Source of the DNA: Gloeobacterales cyanobacterium
GTDB taxonomy: Bacteria; Cyanobacteriota; Cyanobacteriia; Gloeobacterales; PMM-0068
Direction: 5' to 3'
DNA length: 64,000 nucleotides
Assembly: GCA_038245785.1 (NCBI GenBank)
Contig: JBBRSB010000010.1
Span: 1 to 64,000 of the forward strand
Shown here in pieces: positions 10,632 through 17,292 of this stretch. Numbering within the stretch: position 1 is the first letter of the stretch; each line of letters opens with the position of its first letter. A program made the translations under genes and the position numbers. The notes under the pieces are model-generated. The model saw only the letters and a list, made by a program, of their open reading frames with translations, ran no database searches and was not told where the DNA came from.

Positions 10632-10913
10632 CTAACTGGTAGATGTCGAGGTAGATACCTTTCCATCTTCAACAGAAGCACTAGCGTTAGAAGATGATGA
10701 CTTCACTATCGAGTTACTACTACCGGGATCATTACTACCGAAGGAAAAAGAGAAACTTGCAGGGCCACTAGACACAAAAGAAGGAATACCAGGCAAGAAA
10801 CCGAAACCACCAATGAAAGGGATAGGAGGTACAGAAGCACCACCTCTCACTCTATAAACACAAGGGGAATAAATTTCAAAAAAGTTTAAATCAACAATGG
10901 ATAAAGATTTCAT
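10632..10913 (-). CDS. Double-glycine leader peptide, Pro/Phe/Gly- then Ser-rich core
   Basis: Leader MKSLSIVDLNFFE...RVRGG; GAGGA RBS; lies inside the PCAT cluster. Confidence 0.8.
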   Translation of the reverse strand: MKSLSIVDLNFFEIYSPCVYRVRGGASVPPIPFIGGFGFLPGIPSFVSSGPASFSFSFGSNDPGSSNSIVKSSSSNASASVEDGKVSTSTSTS

Positions 10914-11200
10914 TGGACTTTCCTCGCAGAATGGTTTGGGTATTCAGCACATTGACTACTTCTAGCATCATTGCAAATCAGATAATGAAAAATAATTATA
11001 TTGCAGACAATGATAAAAGCTATAGATTAAGTTTACACCAAACCTATTTCCTTGATTTAAAGAAACAGTATTAGCATATTAGAAGTGGCCATATTACATT
11101 CAGCAAAAAGGTATTTATCAAAACCCCTTAAATTCTCTATGAGCTTAAAGAATTCATAAAGAAAATACAACTTAGAGCTGAAAAGTTCTGAGACAACCTA

Positions 11201-11240
11201 CTTCATAAGCTATCTAGATTAATTTAGACAGCTTATGAAG
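11201..11240 (-). terminator. Hairpin downstream of peptide gene 11255..11479
   Basis: CTTCATAAGCT...AGCTTATGAAG arms. Confidence 0.7.
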
Positions 11241-11254
11241 CTTGACCAACGATA

Positions 11255-11479
11255 CTAACTAAAATTAATACCATCTTGACCATTAAAAGAAATGTTATCT
11301 GCAATTGATATTGCAGTAGCATTACCTCTGAAGGCCTGAGCGGTAGAATAGGCTGTAGCATACTGCCTAACATCGATAACGTTGTACTGAACGTTGCTTT
11401 GTGAGAAATAGCCTAAGCCACCTGCAAGATTTGTTGATGGAGAAACTTCTCCCAGATAGCTCAAATCGGAAATAATCAT
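11255..11479 (-). CDS. Double-glycine leader peptide, N/Q/Y-rich core (tandem paralogue 4, most divergent)
   Basis: MIISDLSYLGEVSPSTNLAGG leader plus a 53-aa core that aligns without gaps to the three neighbours; AGGAG RBS. Confidence 0.92.
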   Translation of the reverse strand: MIISDLSYLGEVSPSTNLAGGLGYFSQSNVQYNVIDVRQYATAYSTAQAFRGNATAISIADNISFNGQDGINFS

Positions 11480-11559
11480 AGTTTTGCTCCTGCAAGCTCA
11501 TGTTTAATAGAAAAGGTCGAGCTGTTACAAACAATATAAATGCATATACAAAATCATGT

Positions 11560-11572
11560 TGCCACTTTGGCA
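11560..11572 (-). promoter_or_regulatory. TGCCA-N3-TGGCA palindrome 21 nt upstream of TATATT -10-like box
   Basis: + strand TGCCACTTTGGCA; the same site recurs upstream of each cassette. Confidence 0.75.
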
Positions 11573-11609
11573 TAAATCCTAATTAAAAATAGAAAATGCA
11601 TACCTTCAG

Positions 11610-11657
11610 AGAAAATACTGGTGACTACTAAATATAGATATGTCACCAGTATTTTCT
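11610..11657 (-). terminator. Hairpin downstream of peptide gene 11722..11946
   Basis: 16-bp arms AGAAAATACTGGTGAC / GTCACCAGTATTTTCT; a second weaker hairpin lies at about 11667-11701. Confidence 0.7.
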
Positions 11658-11721
11658 TTATTTCAATAGAGTACCTCTAATACGTAGGTCGAAGTACTCT
11701 ATATTTCAAGTTGAGCTTTCA

Positions 11722-11946
11722 TTAACTAATGTTGTAGTTGGACTGGTAAATGCTCGAAGAGTTGGGGACATAGGTAGAGGCGTATGCACTACCTCTAAAA
11801 GCTTCCGCATTGGAATAACCATTGGCGTACTGACTAACGTAGGCACTGTTGTACTGCGAGGTATTTTGATCAAAGAAACCAGCGCCACCTACAAGGTTAG
11901 TTGCTTCGGAAACTTCTTCCAAATAGACCAGATCAGAAATTTTCAT
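11722..11946 (-). CDS. Double-glycine leader peptide, N/Q/Y-rich core (tandem paralogue 3)
   Basis: MKISDLVYLEEVSEATNLVGG plus 53-aa core; AAGGAGAGA RBS. Confidence 0.95.
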   Translation of the reverse strand: MKISDLVYLEEVSEATNLVGGAGFFDQNTSQYNSAYVSQYANGYSNAEAFRGSAYASTYVPNSSSIYQSNYNIS

Positions 11947-12032
11947 TGGTTCTCTCCTTTAAATTAGTTTTCTGTTTAAGAACAACATTATGTTGCTCAT
12001 AATTAATATAGCTATCTTCTGTGTTCTCATGT

Positions 12033-12045
12033 TGCCACTTTGGCA
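12033..12045 (-). promoter_or_regulatory. TGCCA-N3-TGGCA palindrome 22 nt upstream of TATATT
   Basis: + strand TGCCACTTTGGCA. Confidence 0.75.
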
Positions 12046-12092
12046 GTGTTTCTCAATTCCAATACTCTTGATCAGAATATTATTTATCCAAA

Positions 12093-12141
12093 AAATAGCT
12101 GGAAGTTTCTTGTTTAACTAAGAATTAAACTCCAGCTATTT
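12093..12141 (-). terminator. Hairpin downstream of peptide gene 12155..12379
   Basis: AAATAGCTGGA...TCCAGCTATTT arms with an A-run on the left (U-tail on the minus strand). Confidence 0.65.
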
Positions 12142-12154
12142 GCCAACTTTCATG

Positions 12155-12379
12155 TTAGCTATAGTTCACATTATTCTGGTAAATTCCAGAGTAGTTGGAT
12201 ACACCGGTGGAGGCATATGCATTACCTCTAAAGGCTTCAGCATCAGAATAGCCATTGGCGTACTGATTGACATAAGCATTGTTCCACTGCGAGGTATTTT
12301 GATCAAAGTAGCCAGAGCCGCCTACAAGGGCAGTTGCTTCAGAAACTTCTTCCAAATAGACCAAATCAGAAATTTTCAT
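12155..12379 (-). CDS. Double-glycine leader peptide, N/Q/Y-rich core (tandem paralogue 2)
   Basis: MKISDLVYLEEVSEATALVGG plus 53-aa core; AAGGAGAGAG RBS. Confidence 0.95.
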   Translation of the reverse strand: MKISDLVYLEEVSEATALVGGSGYFDQNTSQWNNAYVNQYANGYSDAEAFRGNAYASTGVSNYSGIYQNNVNYS

Positions 12380-12465
12380 TGTCTCTCTCCTTAAAGTTAG
12401 TTTTCGCTTAATAACAACATTAAGTTGCTGTATAAATACTATAGATATTTTCTTGATTTTAGTGT

Positions 12466-12478
12466 TGCCAATTTGGCA
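12466..12478 (-). promoter_or_regulatory. TGCCA-N3-TGGCA palindrome 22 nt upstream of TATAGT
   Basis: + strand TGCCAATTTGGCA. Confidence 0.75.
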
Positions 12479-12522
12479 GGTATTCTATTAGGAAATAGAC
12501 ATATTTTTCAAAGAGTAAATAC

Positions 12523-12556
12523 AATGCAAGCTTTTTGATTATAAAAAGCTTGCATT
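12523..12556 (-). terminator. Hairpin downstream of peptide gene 12575..12799
   Basis: 14-bp arms AATGCAAGCTTTTT / AAAAAGCTTGCATT. Confidence 0.7.
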
Positions 12557-12574
12557 AGTCTTCATTCTCCAAAG

Positions 12575-12799
12575 TTAGCTAACGTTGAAGTTGGACTGGC
12601 CAATGCCTGAGTAGTTGGATACATTGGTATATGCAGATGCATTACCTCGAAAGGCTTCAGCATCAGAATAGCCAGTGGCGTACTGACTGACGTAAGCATT
12701 GTTGTACTGCGCGGTATACTGATTAAAGAAGCCAGAGCCGCCTACAAGGGCAGTTGCTTCGGAAACTTCTTCCAAATAGACCAAATCAGAAATTTTCAT
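12575..12799 (-). CDS. Double-glycine leader peptide, N/Q/Y-rich core (tandem paralogue 1)
   Basis: MKISDLVYLEEVSEATALVGG plus 53-aa core; AAGGAGAGAG RBS. Confidence 0.95.
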   Translation of the reverse strand: MKISDLVYLEEVSEATALVGGSGFFNQYTAQYNNAYVSQYATGYSDAEAFRGNASAYTNVSNYSGIGQSNFNVS

Positions 12800-12885
12800 T
12801 GTCTCTCTCCTTCAAATTAGTTTTGTAATTAAAACAACTTTATTAGGTTGCTACTATTACTATAGACAATAGAGCTTGAGAAGAT

Positions 12886-12898
12886 TGCCACTTTGGCA
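12886..12898 (-). promoter_or_regulatory. TGCCA-N3-TGGCA palindrome 21 nt upstream of TATAGT
   Basis: + strand TGCCACTTTGGCA. Confidence 0.75.
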
Positions 12899-12938
12899 GA
12901 TAGTTTCAGTCATCATGAAACACCAAGAATATGTCTTC

Positions 12939-12986
12939 AAAGACTAATGGAAGCTTCTTAATCATAAAAAGCTTCCATTAGTCTTT
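12939..12986 (-). terminator. Hairpin downstream of the peptide pseudogene
   Basis: 18-bp arms AAAGACTAATGGAAGCTT / AAGCTTCCATTAGTCTTT; homologous to the 12523-12556 hairpin. Confidence 0.7.
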
Positions 12987-12997
12987 AGCCTCCAAGA

Positions 12998-13087
12998 TCA
13001 GCTGAAGTTAATATTGGACTGACCAACTTAAGAAAGATTAGATGAAACTGTGGATGCAAATGCACTTCCTCCTTTAGCCTCTGAGGA
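12998..13087 (-). pseudogene. Degenerate fifth copy of the tandem peptide (C-terminal half, internal stop)
   Basis: Minus strand reads SSEAKGGSAFASTVSSNLS*VGQSNINFS*, aligning with DAEAFRGNASAYTNVSNYSGIGQSNFNVS. In-frame TAA at 13028-13030; leader not recognisable. Confidence 0.8.
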
Positions 13088-13225
13088 AAGTAAGGGTGGA
13101 CCGCTTGCTTTTGGCGGTATAAGAGTATGTCTTGCTCACATATGCCTGTGTCTAAACTAATAGCTCTTGATTCATTACCTGAGCAGAGCAGACTAGAAAT
13201 ATAGATAGCCTTGATCTGAATAGTT

Positions 13226-13238
13226 TACCAATTTAGTA
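13226..13238 (-). promoter_or_regulatory. Decayed copy of the palindromic site upstream of the pseudogene
   Basis: + strand TACCAATTTAGTA (3 mismatches), still 22 nt from TATATT on the minus strand. Confidence 0.45.
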
Positions 13239-13300
13239 TGCATTTACTCTGAGAATCTTTAATCTGGCTCAAACCTTCCAGCAATCTAATTCATTAGAGA

Positions 13301-13349
13301 CAATAAGAGCTGTGAGGCGTTTCATTGAATCGCTTCATAGCCCTTATTG
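13301..13349 (-). terminator. Imperfect hairpin downstream of 13378..13668
   Basis: CAATAAGAGCTGTGAGGCG...CGCTTCATAGCCCTTATTG. Confidence 0.55.
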
Positions 13350-13377
13350 CTAATCTAAGATAGCAGATAAGAAGATT

Positions 13378-13668
13378 CTAACCTCTAGCACTGGATTTAG
13401 CATTGGCGAAACCACCAATTGAAGTCGCTGCAGAAGCTGCCCCAGCGGCACCACCAATGCTGAGTAAATCAACTTTGAATCCACTTAGTTGATCTCCTGT
13501 CACGTTGTAGTCTGTAGCATATCTAGTATCATAGGCAGTATCGTATGCTAGTGAGTAACTAGGGGTGCTACTTGCACTAGCTGAAATACCACTTCCTCCG
13601 CTTATACAAATTTCTCCAGCACATACCGCCTCAAGAAAGTTAAGATCAGTGATTGCGAACTGACTCAT
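13378..13668 (-). CDS. Double-glycine leader peptide, 96 aa, Ser/Ala/Tyr-rich
   Basis: Start at ATG 13668 after AGGAG RBS: MSQFAITDLNFLEAVCAGEICISGG|SGISASASS...AYDTAYDTRYATDY... Confidence 0.85.
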   Translation of the reverse strand: MSQFAITDLNFLEAVCAGEICISGGSGISASASSTPSYSLAYDTAYDTRYATDYNVTGDQLSGFKVDLLSIGGAAGAASAATSIGGFANAKSSARG

Positions 13669-13704
13669 GGCACTTCTCCTTTTTTTATACAATGAGGCTA
13701 GTTC

Positions 13705-13935
13705 TTAGCCTACAGCGACAGAAGAAGATGCAGCGACGGAACTAGAGAAAAGACCTGCTACGCCAGCTGTCTTCGTAAACGTTTTGGTCTCAGTAAGATA
13801 GCCAAGAGCATCTGCTTGCGCTAAGGAACTAGCTGAAGCTATAGGCGGAAAGCCATAAGTTGGCACACCGCTTCCTTCTACACAACTTGCATCTTCAGAG
13901 ATGGCTCCTAGATAGTTTAGATCAGAAATAATCAT
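13705..13935 (-). CDS. Leader peptide of the same family (GS/SG variant cleavage site), Ser/Ala/Thr-rich core
   Basis: MIISDLNYLGAISEDASCVEGSG...; GGGAGA RBS. Confidence 0.85.
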   Translation of the reverse strand: MIISDLNYLGAISEDASCVEGSGVPTYGFPPIASASSLAQADALGYLTETKTFTKTAGVAGLFSSSVAASSSVAVG

Positions 13936-14016
13936 TAGATTTCTCCCTTATAATTCACTGGAAACAGCCTTTTTGGTTGTCTACAAACAGATTAATTGAG
14001 AAAGATAAAAACATGT

Positions 14017-14029
14017 TGCCAAATTGGCA
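14017..14029 (-). promoter_or_regulatory. TGCCA-N3-TGGCA palindrome 22 nt upstream of TAATCT
   Basis: + strand TGCCAAATTGGCA, upstream of the 13935 gene. Confidence 0.7.
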
Positions 14030-14055
14030 TCTTTTAAAATTACGTATATTTAAAC

Positions 14056-14090
14056 AAAAAAATGCTTAGTTCACCAGAGTAAACCAAGCA
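14056..14090 (-). terminator. Intrinsic terminator on the minus strand
   Basis: Minus strand TGCTTGGTTTAC-TCTG-GTGAACTAAGCA-TTTTTTT (12-bp stem with two G-U pairs and a U7 tail). Confidence 0.75.
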
Positions 14091-14263
14091 AGGCCGACAT
14101 TATCAGGGGTTCGAAAACTTTTTCTAGTTCTTAAAGAATTATCTAAAAGGGATAGCTAAAATTCTATTGCTATCTATATTTTCAACTTCTTTAGAGGAAA
14201 ACATAAGAAGCTAAAGTTAGTAGTTTTAATAGGCAAGCATCCTTTTAGATAATGGACTGTATC
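14056..14263 (-). ncRNA. Candidate structured small RNA (~205 nt)
   Basis: Bounded by the palindrome/TATAGT promoter (14270-14309) and the U-tailed terminator. Contains a long imperfect hairpin closed by ATTATCTAAAAGG (14138-14150) / CCTTTTAGATAAT (14241-14253). Only very short ORFs. Confidence 0.45.
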
Positions 14264-14296
14264 GATAACACTATAGATAATCTAATTAATAGCAGG

Positions 14297-14309
14297 TGCC
14301 ATTTTGGCA
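14297..14309 (-). promoter_or_regulatory. TGCCA-N3-TGGCA palindrome 21 nt upstream of TATAGT
   Basis: + strand TGCCATTTTGGCA; -10 box at 14270-14275. Confidence 0.7.
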
Positions 14310-14318
14310 TTAATCTAT

Positions 14319-15113
14319 TCACAAATTACTTTGAGAAGAAGAATGATTAGACTTTGAGTCAAAACTAGACAGCCAATGCAATTTTTCTTGCTCCAGCCAT
14401 TGCCTAAATAAATCCTCAGTTATTTTCTGATGAAGCGGTTGGATTAACTCTGCAGAAAGAATTTGTTCAATCATGAGTAGATGCCATCCCTGATCGTTGG
14501 ACACTGGCCCTGCTATCTCTCCTACCGTCACGCCAAAAGCGGCGGTGGCTAAATCTGGTTTCATTTCCCAGCGACTGACCTCACCTTCATAGCCACAGCG
14601 ACGGCCTCGCTGCATGTTGACATCAAACTGATGGGCCGCTTCGAAGAAACTAATTTCTTGGTCTTGTATACGATAGAGCACCTCGTAGGCCAATGCCTCT
14701 GAAGCGAGCGTAATTTGATACAGTACAGCCCGATCATACCCCAGTCGATTTTCTGCAAAGACTTGATCCGCCTTCTGAGAATAGAGCTGATCAGCCAACT
14801 TGCATCTCAGCACCTGTTTTTGCAAACCTGCTTCAAAGTCTTCCTCATCAACCTGCTGTTCATTGAGCCAGGTTAAAGTATCTGAAGCTTTTTCCAGGTG
14901 ATGCTGTCTACGGAATTGGTCTGCTTCCATTTGAATTTCTTCTGGCGTAACTTCGATACCTCGACTCTGTGCATTCCAGGCAATTATCTCTTGGTACAAC
15001 AAAGTATCTCTTACCTTTTTAAACTGGAATGTCTGCCGTAGATAACTACTAACAGCTTTGAATTCTTCTTGTTGGTTTGAGGCTGTCAATTTAGGGAAAG
15101 CAACATTTAGCAT
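14319..15113 (-). CDS. PpiC/SurA-like peptidylprolyl isomerase/foldase of peptide export cluster (copy 1)
   Basis: GIEVTPEEIQMEAD SurA-N-like helix; SFFEAAHQFDVNMQRGRRCGYEG...GPVSNDQGWHLLMIE. Confidence 0.85.
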   Translation of the reverse strand: MLNVAFPKLTASNQQEEFKAVSSYLRQTFQFKKVRDTLLYQEIIAWNAQSRGIEVTPEEIQMEADQFRRQHHLEKASDTLTWLNEQQVDEEDFEAGLQKQVLRCKLADQLYSQKADQVFAENRLGYDRAVLYQITLASEALAYEVLYRIQDQEISFFEAAHQFDVNMQRGRRCGYEGEVSRWEMKPDLATAAFGVTVGEIAGPVSNDQGWHLLMIEQILSAELIQPLHQKITEDLFRQWLEQEKLHWLSSFDSKSNHSSSQSNL

Positions 15114-15139
15114 GTGTATTCATCCACAAATAGGGGTAA

Positions 15140-15325
15140 TTAGCTAGTGCTGAAGCAAGAGCACGTAGATGATGAGAAGCTTTCCCTATGTCTAGAGGAA
15201 GCCTTTGCCAAAACAGACTGTTTTGTCTGATTTCGTTCAGAGTCAATAACAATACTAGTTGAATCTGCAGTTGCACGTTCATTACAAGAAACAGCATGCG
15301 TTCTTAGAATCTTCTGGCGAATCAT
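15140..15325 (-). CDS. Small Ser-rich protein without GG motif
   Basis: AGAGG RBS 6 nt before ATG; lies in operon orientation between hetP and the PPIase. Confidence 0.55.
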   Translation of the reverse strand: MIRQKILRTHAVSCNERATADSTSIVIDSERNQTKQSVLAKASSRHRESFSSSTCSCFSTS

Positions 15326-15433
15326 AACTAACCTCTTTTAGAGCCTCATCTTATAACCAAGAGTCAATGCACTCAGCATAGACAGGCTAATCAATCAATT
15401 GTCGCTATCTCGACAAAATTTTACTTAAAGCCC

Positions 15434-15796
15434 TTAGCTGGATAGCATAAATTCCATACTTATACCAGTAGGGTACAATGGCATCATGCCGCCCCGCACT
15501 CTTGACTGAAATGCAGTTTCTAGATGAGGCAAATCATCAATAACAGCAACTCTTTGAGCGTTCTGTTTGCGAAGCTGAGAAACTCCACAGTTCAAAACAT
15601 ACTGAGCCGATTTGTCTGATTGCAGGACAGACTGCTTTCTAACTTGTATATTCTCTTTCAGAAGCCTATTGTAGGTGCGGTAGGGAATGTAGTGCAGGGG
15701 ATTAAGCCCATTAGAACGCAACAGCAGCACACAAGCCCAGGAATATTTACCATCTACAATCGCGTCAATGATCTGATCTAATTTTTCAGGAAGCAC
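15434..15796 (-). CDS. hetP: HetP family protein
   Basis: [43 protein letters not shown] is the HetP signature; C-terminal IDDLPHLE...VRGG. Confidence 0.92.
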   Translation of the reverse strand: MLPEKLDQIIDAIVDGKYSWACVLLLRSNGLNPLHYIPYRTYNRLLKENIQVRKQSVLQSDKSAQYVLNCGVSQLRKQNAQRVAVIDDLPHLETAFQSRVRGGMMPLYPTGISMEFMLSS

Positions 15797-15838
15797 GTTT
15801 TTACCCTCTTATGTTTTCAAAAGATACATCTGGCATTT

Positions 15839-17245
15839 CTAAAGGCTAAAACCACCTTTCTGTAACTGCTCAATGGGATCGAGAAGAAAACTAATAATTC
15901 GGCGCTGACGAATAACGACTTCAGCACTCGCTGTCTGACCACTCTTGAGTTGAACAGGACGACCATTGCTGATAATATAAGAACGATCAAGTTTAATTTT
16001 CAGCTTATAGATTTCTCCTAATTGGGAGTCTGTTTGAGCATCAGGCGATATGCTTTGCACTCGACCTGATAACATGCCAAACTCTTGATAGGGATAAGCA
16101 TCTAGTTTGATATTTACAGGCATACCCGTTCGTGCAAAACCTGCCTCACGATTGGGCAGACGGGCTTCTAGAACAAGAGGGGCTTTTTGTGGAGCAAGCT
16201 CAGCAATAGTTTGCCCAGGCTGGATAACCTCTCCCACATTTTTAACCTGCAAAGAAGAGACTGTACCGCTAATTGGGGCATAGACAAATCGCCTGCGGAG
16301 GCGCTGTTCAGCCATCTGTAAACGGCTTTGTATTTCGCTTAGTTCAGCATGCGCTTGAGTGACCTGCATTCTGAGTTCTTGAACTTTCTGCTGCGCTTGG
16401 AGGATAGCCGTATTTCCTTCCGCTCGTTGTTTTAGCAAGAGTTCTCGATTCTGAGCGATAGTCTGATTAGCATTATCTAAATCTCCTGAATGCTGGATCA
16501 ATTGAGCTTCACGATCATGGAATGCTTGCTCGGCAGAAAAGACCTGCTCACGGGAAATAGCTCCAGAATTCACTAAAGGAATAAGACGATTTAACCGTTC
16601 TTGATGTCGTTTGATGTCTGCTTGACTCTGCCGGGCCATCCGGCCCAGATTGGCGCTACGGGCCTGCGCTTGGGTAATTAAGCTTTGCTGAGCAGCTTGA
16701 GCCGCATTCGCTTGTTGTTGGCGACTGCTTAGCTCTGCCTGCGCCTGTGCCAGTAAACCTTCAGTCTGGAGAAGGCGCATCTGAGAAGTGTTTAGGAGTT
16801 GTCTCTGAAGATCTATTTCTGTATGTAAGCTTTCTGGCTCCAGATCAACTAGCACTTGTCCTTTCTGAACCGACATGCCTTCTCGAATACGCAGACGGGC
16901 AATTTTTCCTGTCTCAGGAAGCTGAAGTTTGTACAGGCTGCCTTGGGGGACAAGCTTGCCTTGGGCCTTGCCTACTTCATCAATTTGGCCAAACCAACTC
17001 CAAGTACCAACACCCCCAAGAAGCAAGAGTACACCAGCTAAAGCATATAAGGGCAGTCTAGAAGGGGGAGACTGTAAAACTTCCTGCACCGCTGGCGACC
17101 ACTGAGTGATCTCTTGCGTCTGAAAATGCACTAAGGCTACAGACTCCGCCGAGGTGTGTTGGAGTTGAGAACGGTCTGGTGAAGGTGTGGAAGAAGGAGT
17201 AATCATAGCTATCCCCATTAAAAAGAGTATGGAAACAGAATTCAA
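15839..17245 (-). CDS. HlyD family type I secretion membrane fusion protein
   Basis: Single TM segment, long Gln/Ala coiled coil, APISGTV, KLDAYPYQEFG and LKSGQTASAEV. True start may be ATG 17218 or 17206. Confidence 0.95.
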   Translation of the reverse strand: MNSVSILFLMGIAMITPSSTPSPDRSQLQHTSAESVALVHFQTQEITQWSPAVQEVLQSPPSRLPLYALAGVLLLLGGVGTWSWFGQIDEVGKAQGKLVPQGSLYKLQLPETGKIARLRIREGMSVQKGQVLVDLEPESLHTEIDLQRQLLNTSQMRLLQTEGLLAQAQAELSSRQQQANAAQAAQQSLITQAQARSANLGRMARQSQADIKRHQERLNRLIPLVNSGAISREQVFSAEQAFHDREAQLIQHSGDLDNANQTIAQNRELLLKQRAEGNTAILQAQQKVQELRMQVTQAHAELSEIQSRLQMAEQRLRRRFVYAPISGTVSSLQVKNVGEVIQPGQTIAELAPQKAPLVLEARLPNREAGFARTGMPVNIKLDAYPYQEFGMLSGRVQSISPDAQTDSQLGEIYKLKIKLDRSYIISNGRPVQLKSGQTASAEVVIRQRRIISFLLDPIEQLQKGGFSL

Positions 17246-17292
17246 GAGAGAATCTTTCGATCGGATGGGCTATTTTTTAGGTTCGCCTCTCC

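Noticed and set aside
11367..12394. Overlapping ORFs 11367..11573, 11706..11888 and 12140..12394
   Set aside because: These are alternative-frame or antisense reads of the peptide genes.
11255..12898. Regularly spaced repeats as a CRISPR array or DGR
   Set aside because: The units are 420-473-bp gene cassettes with intact ORFs. There are no short identical repeats with unique spacers, and no cas or reverse transcriptase gene.
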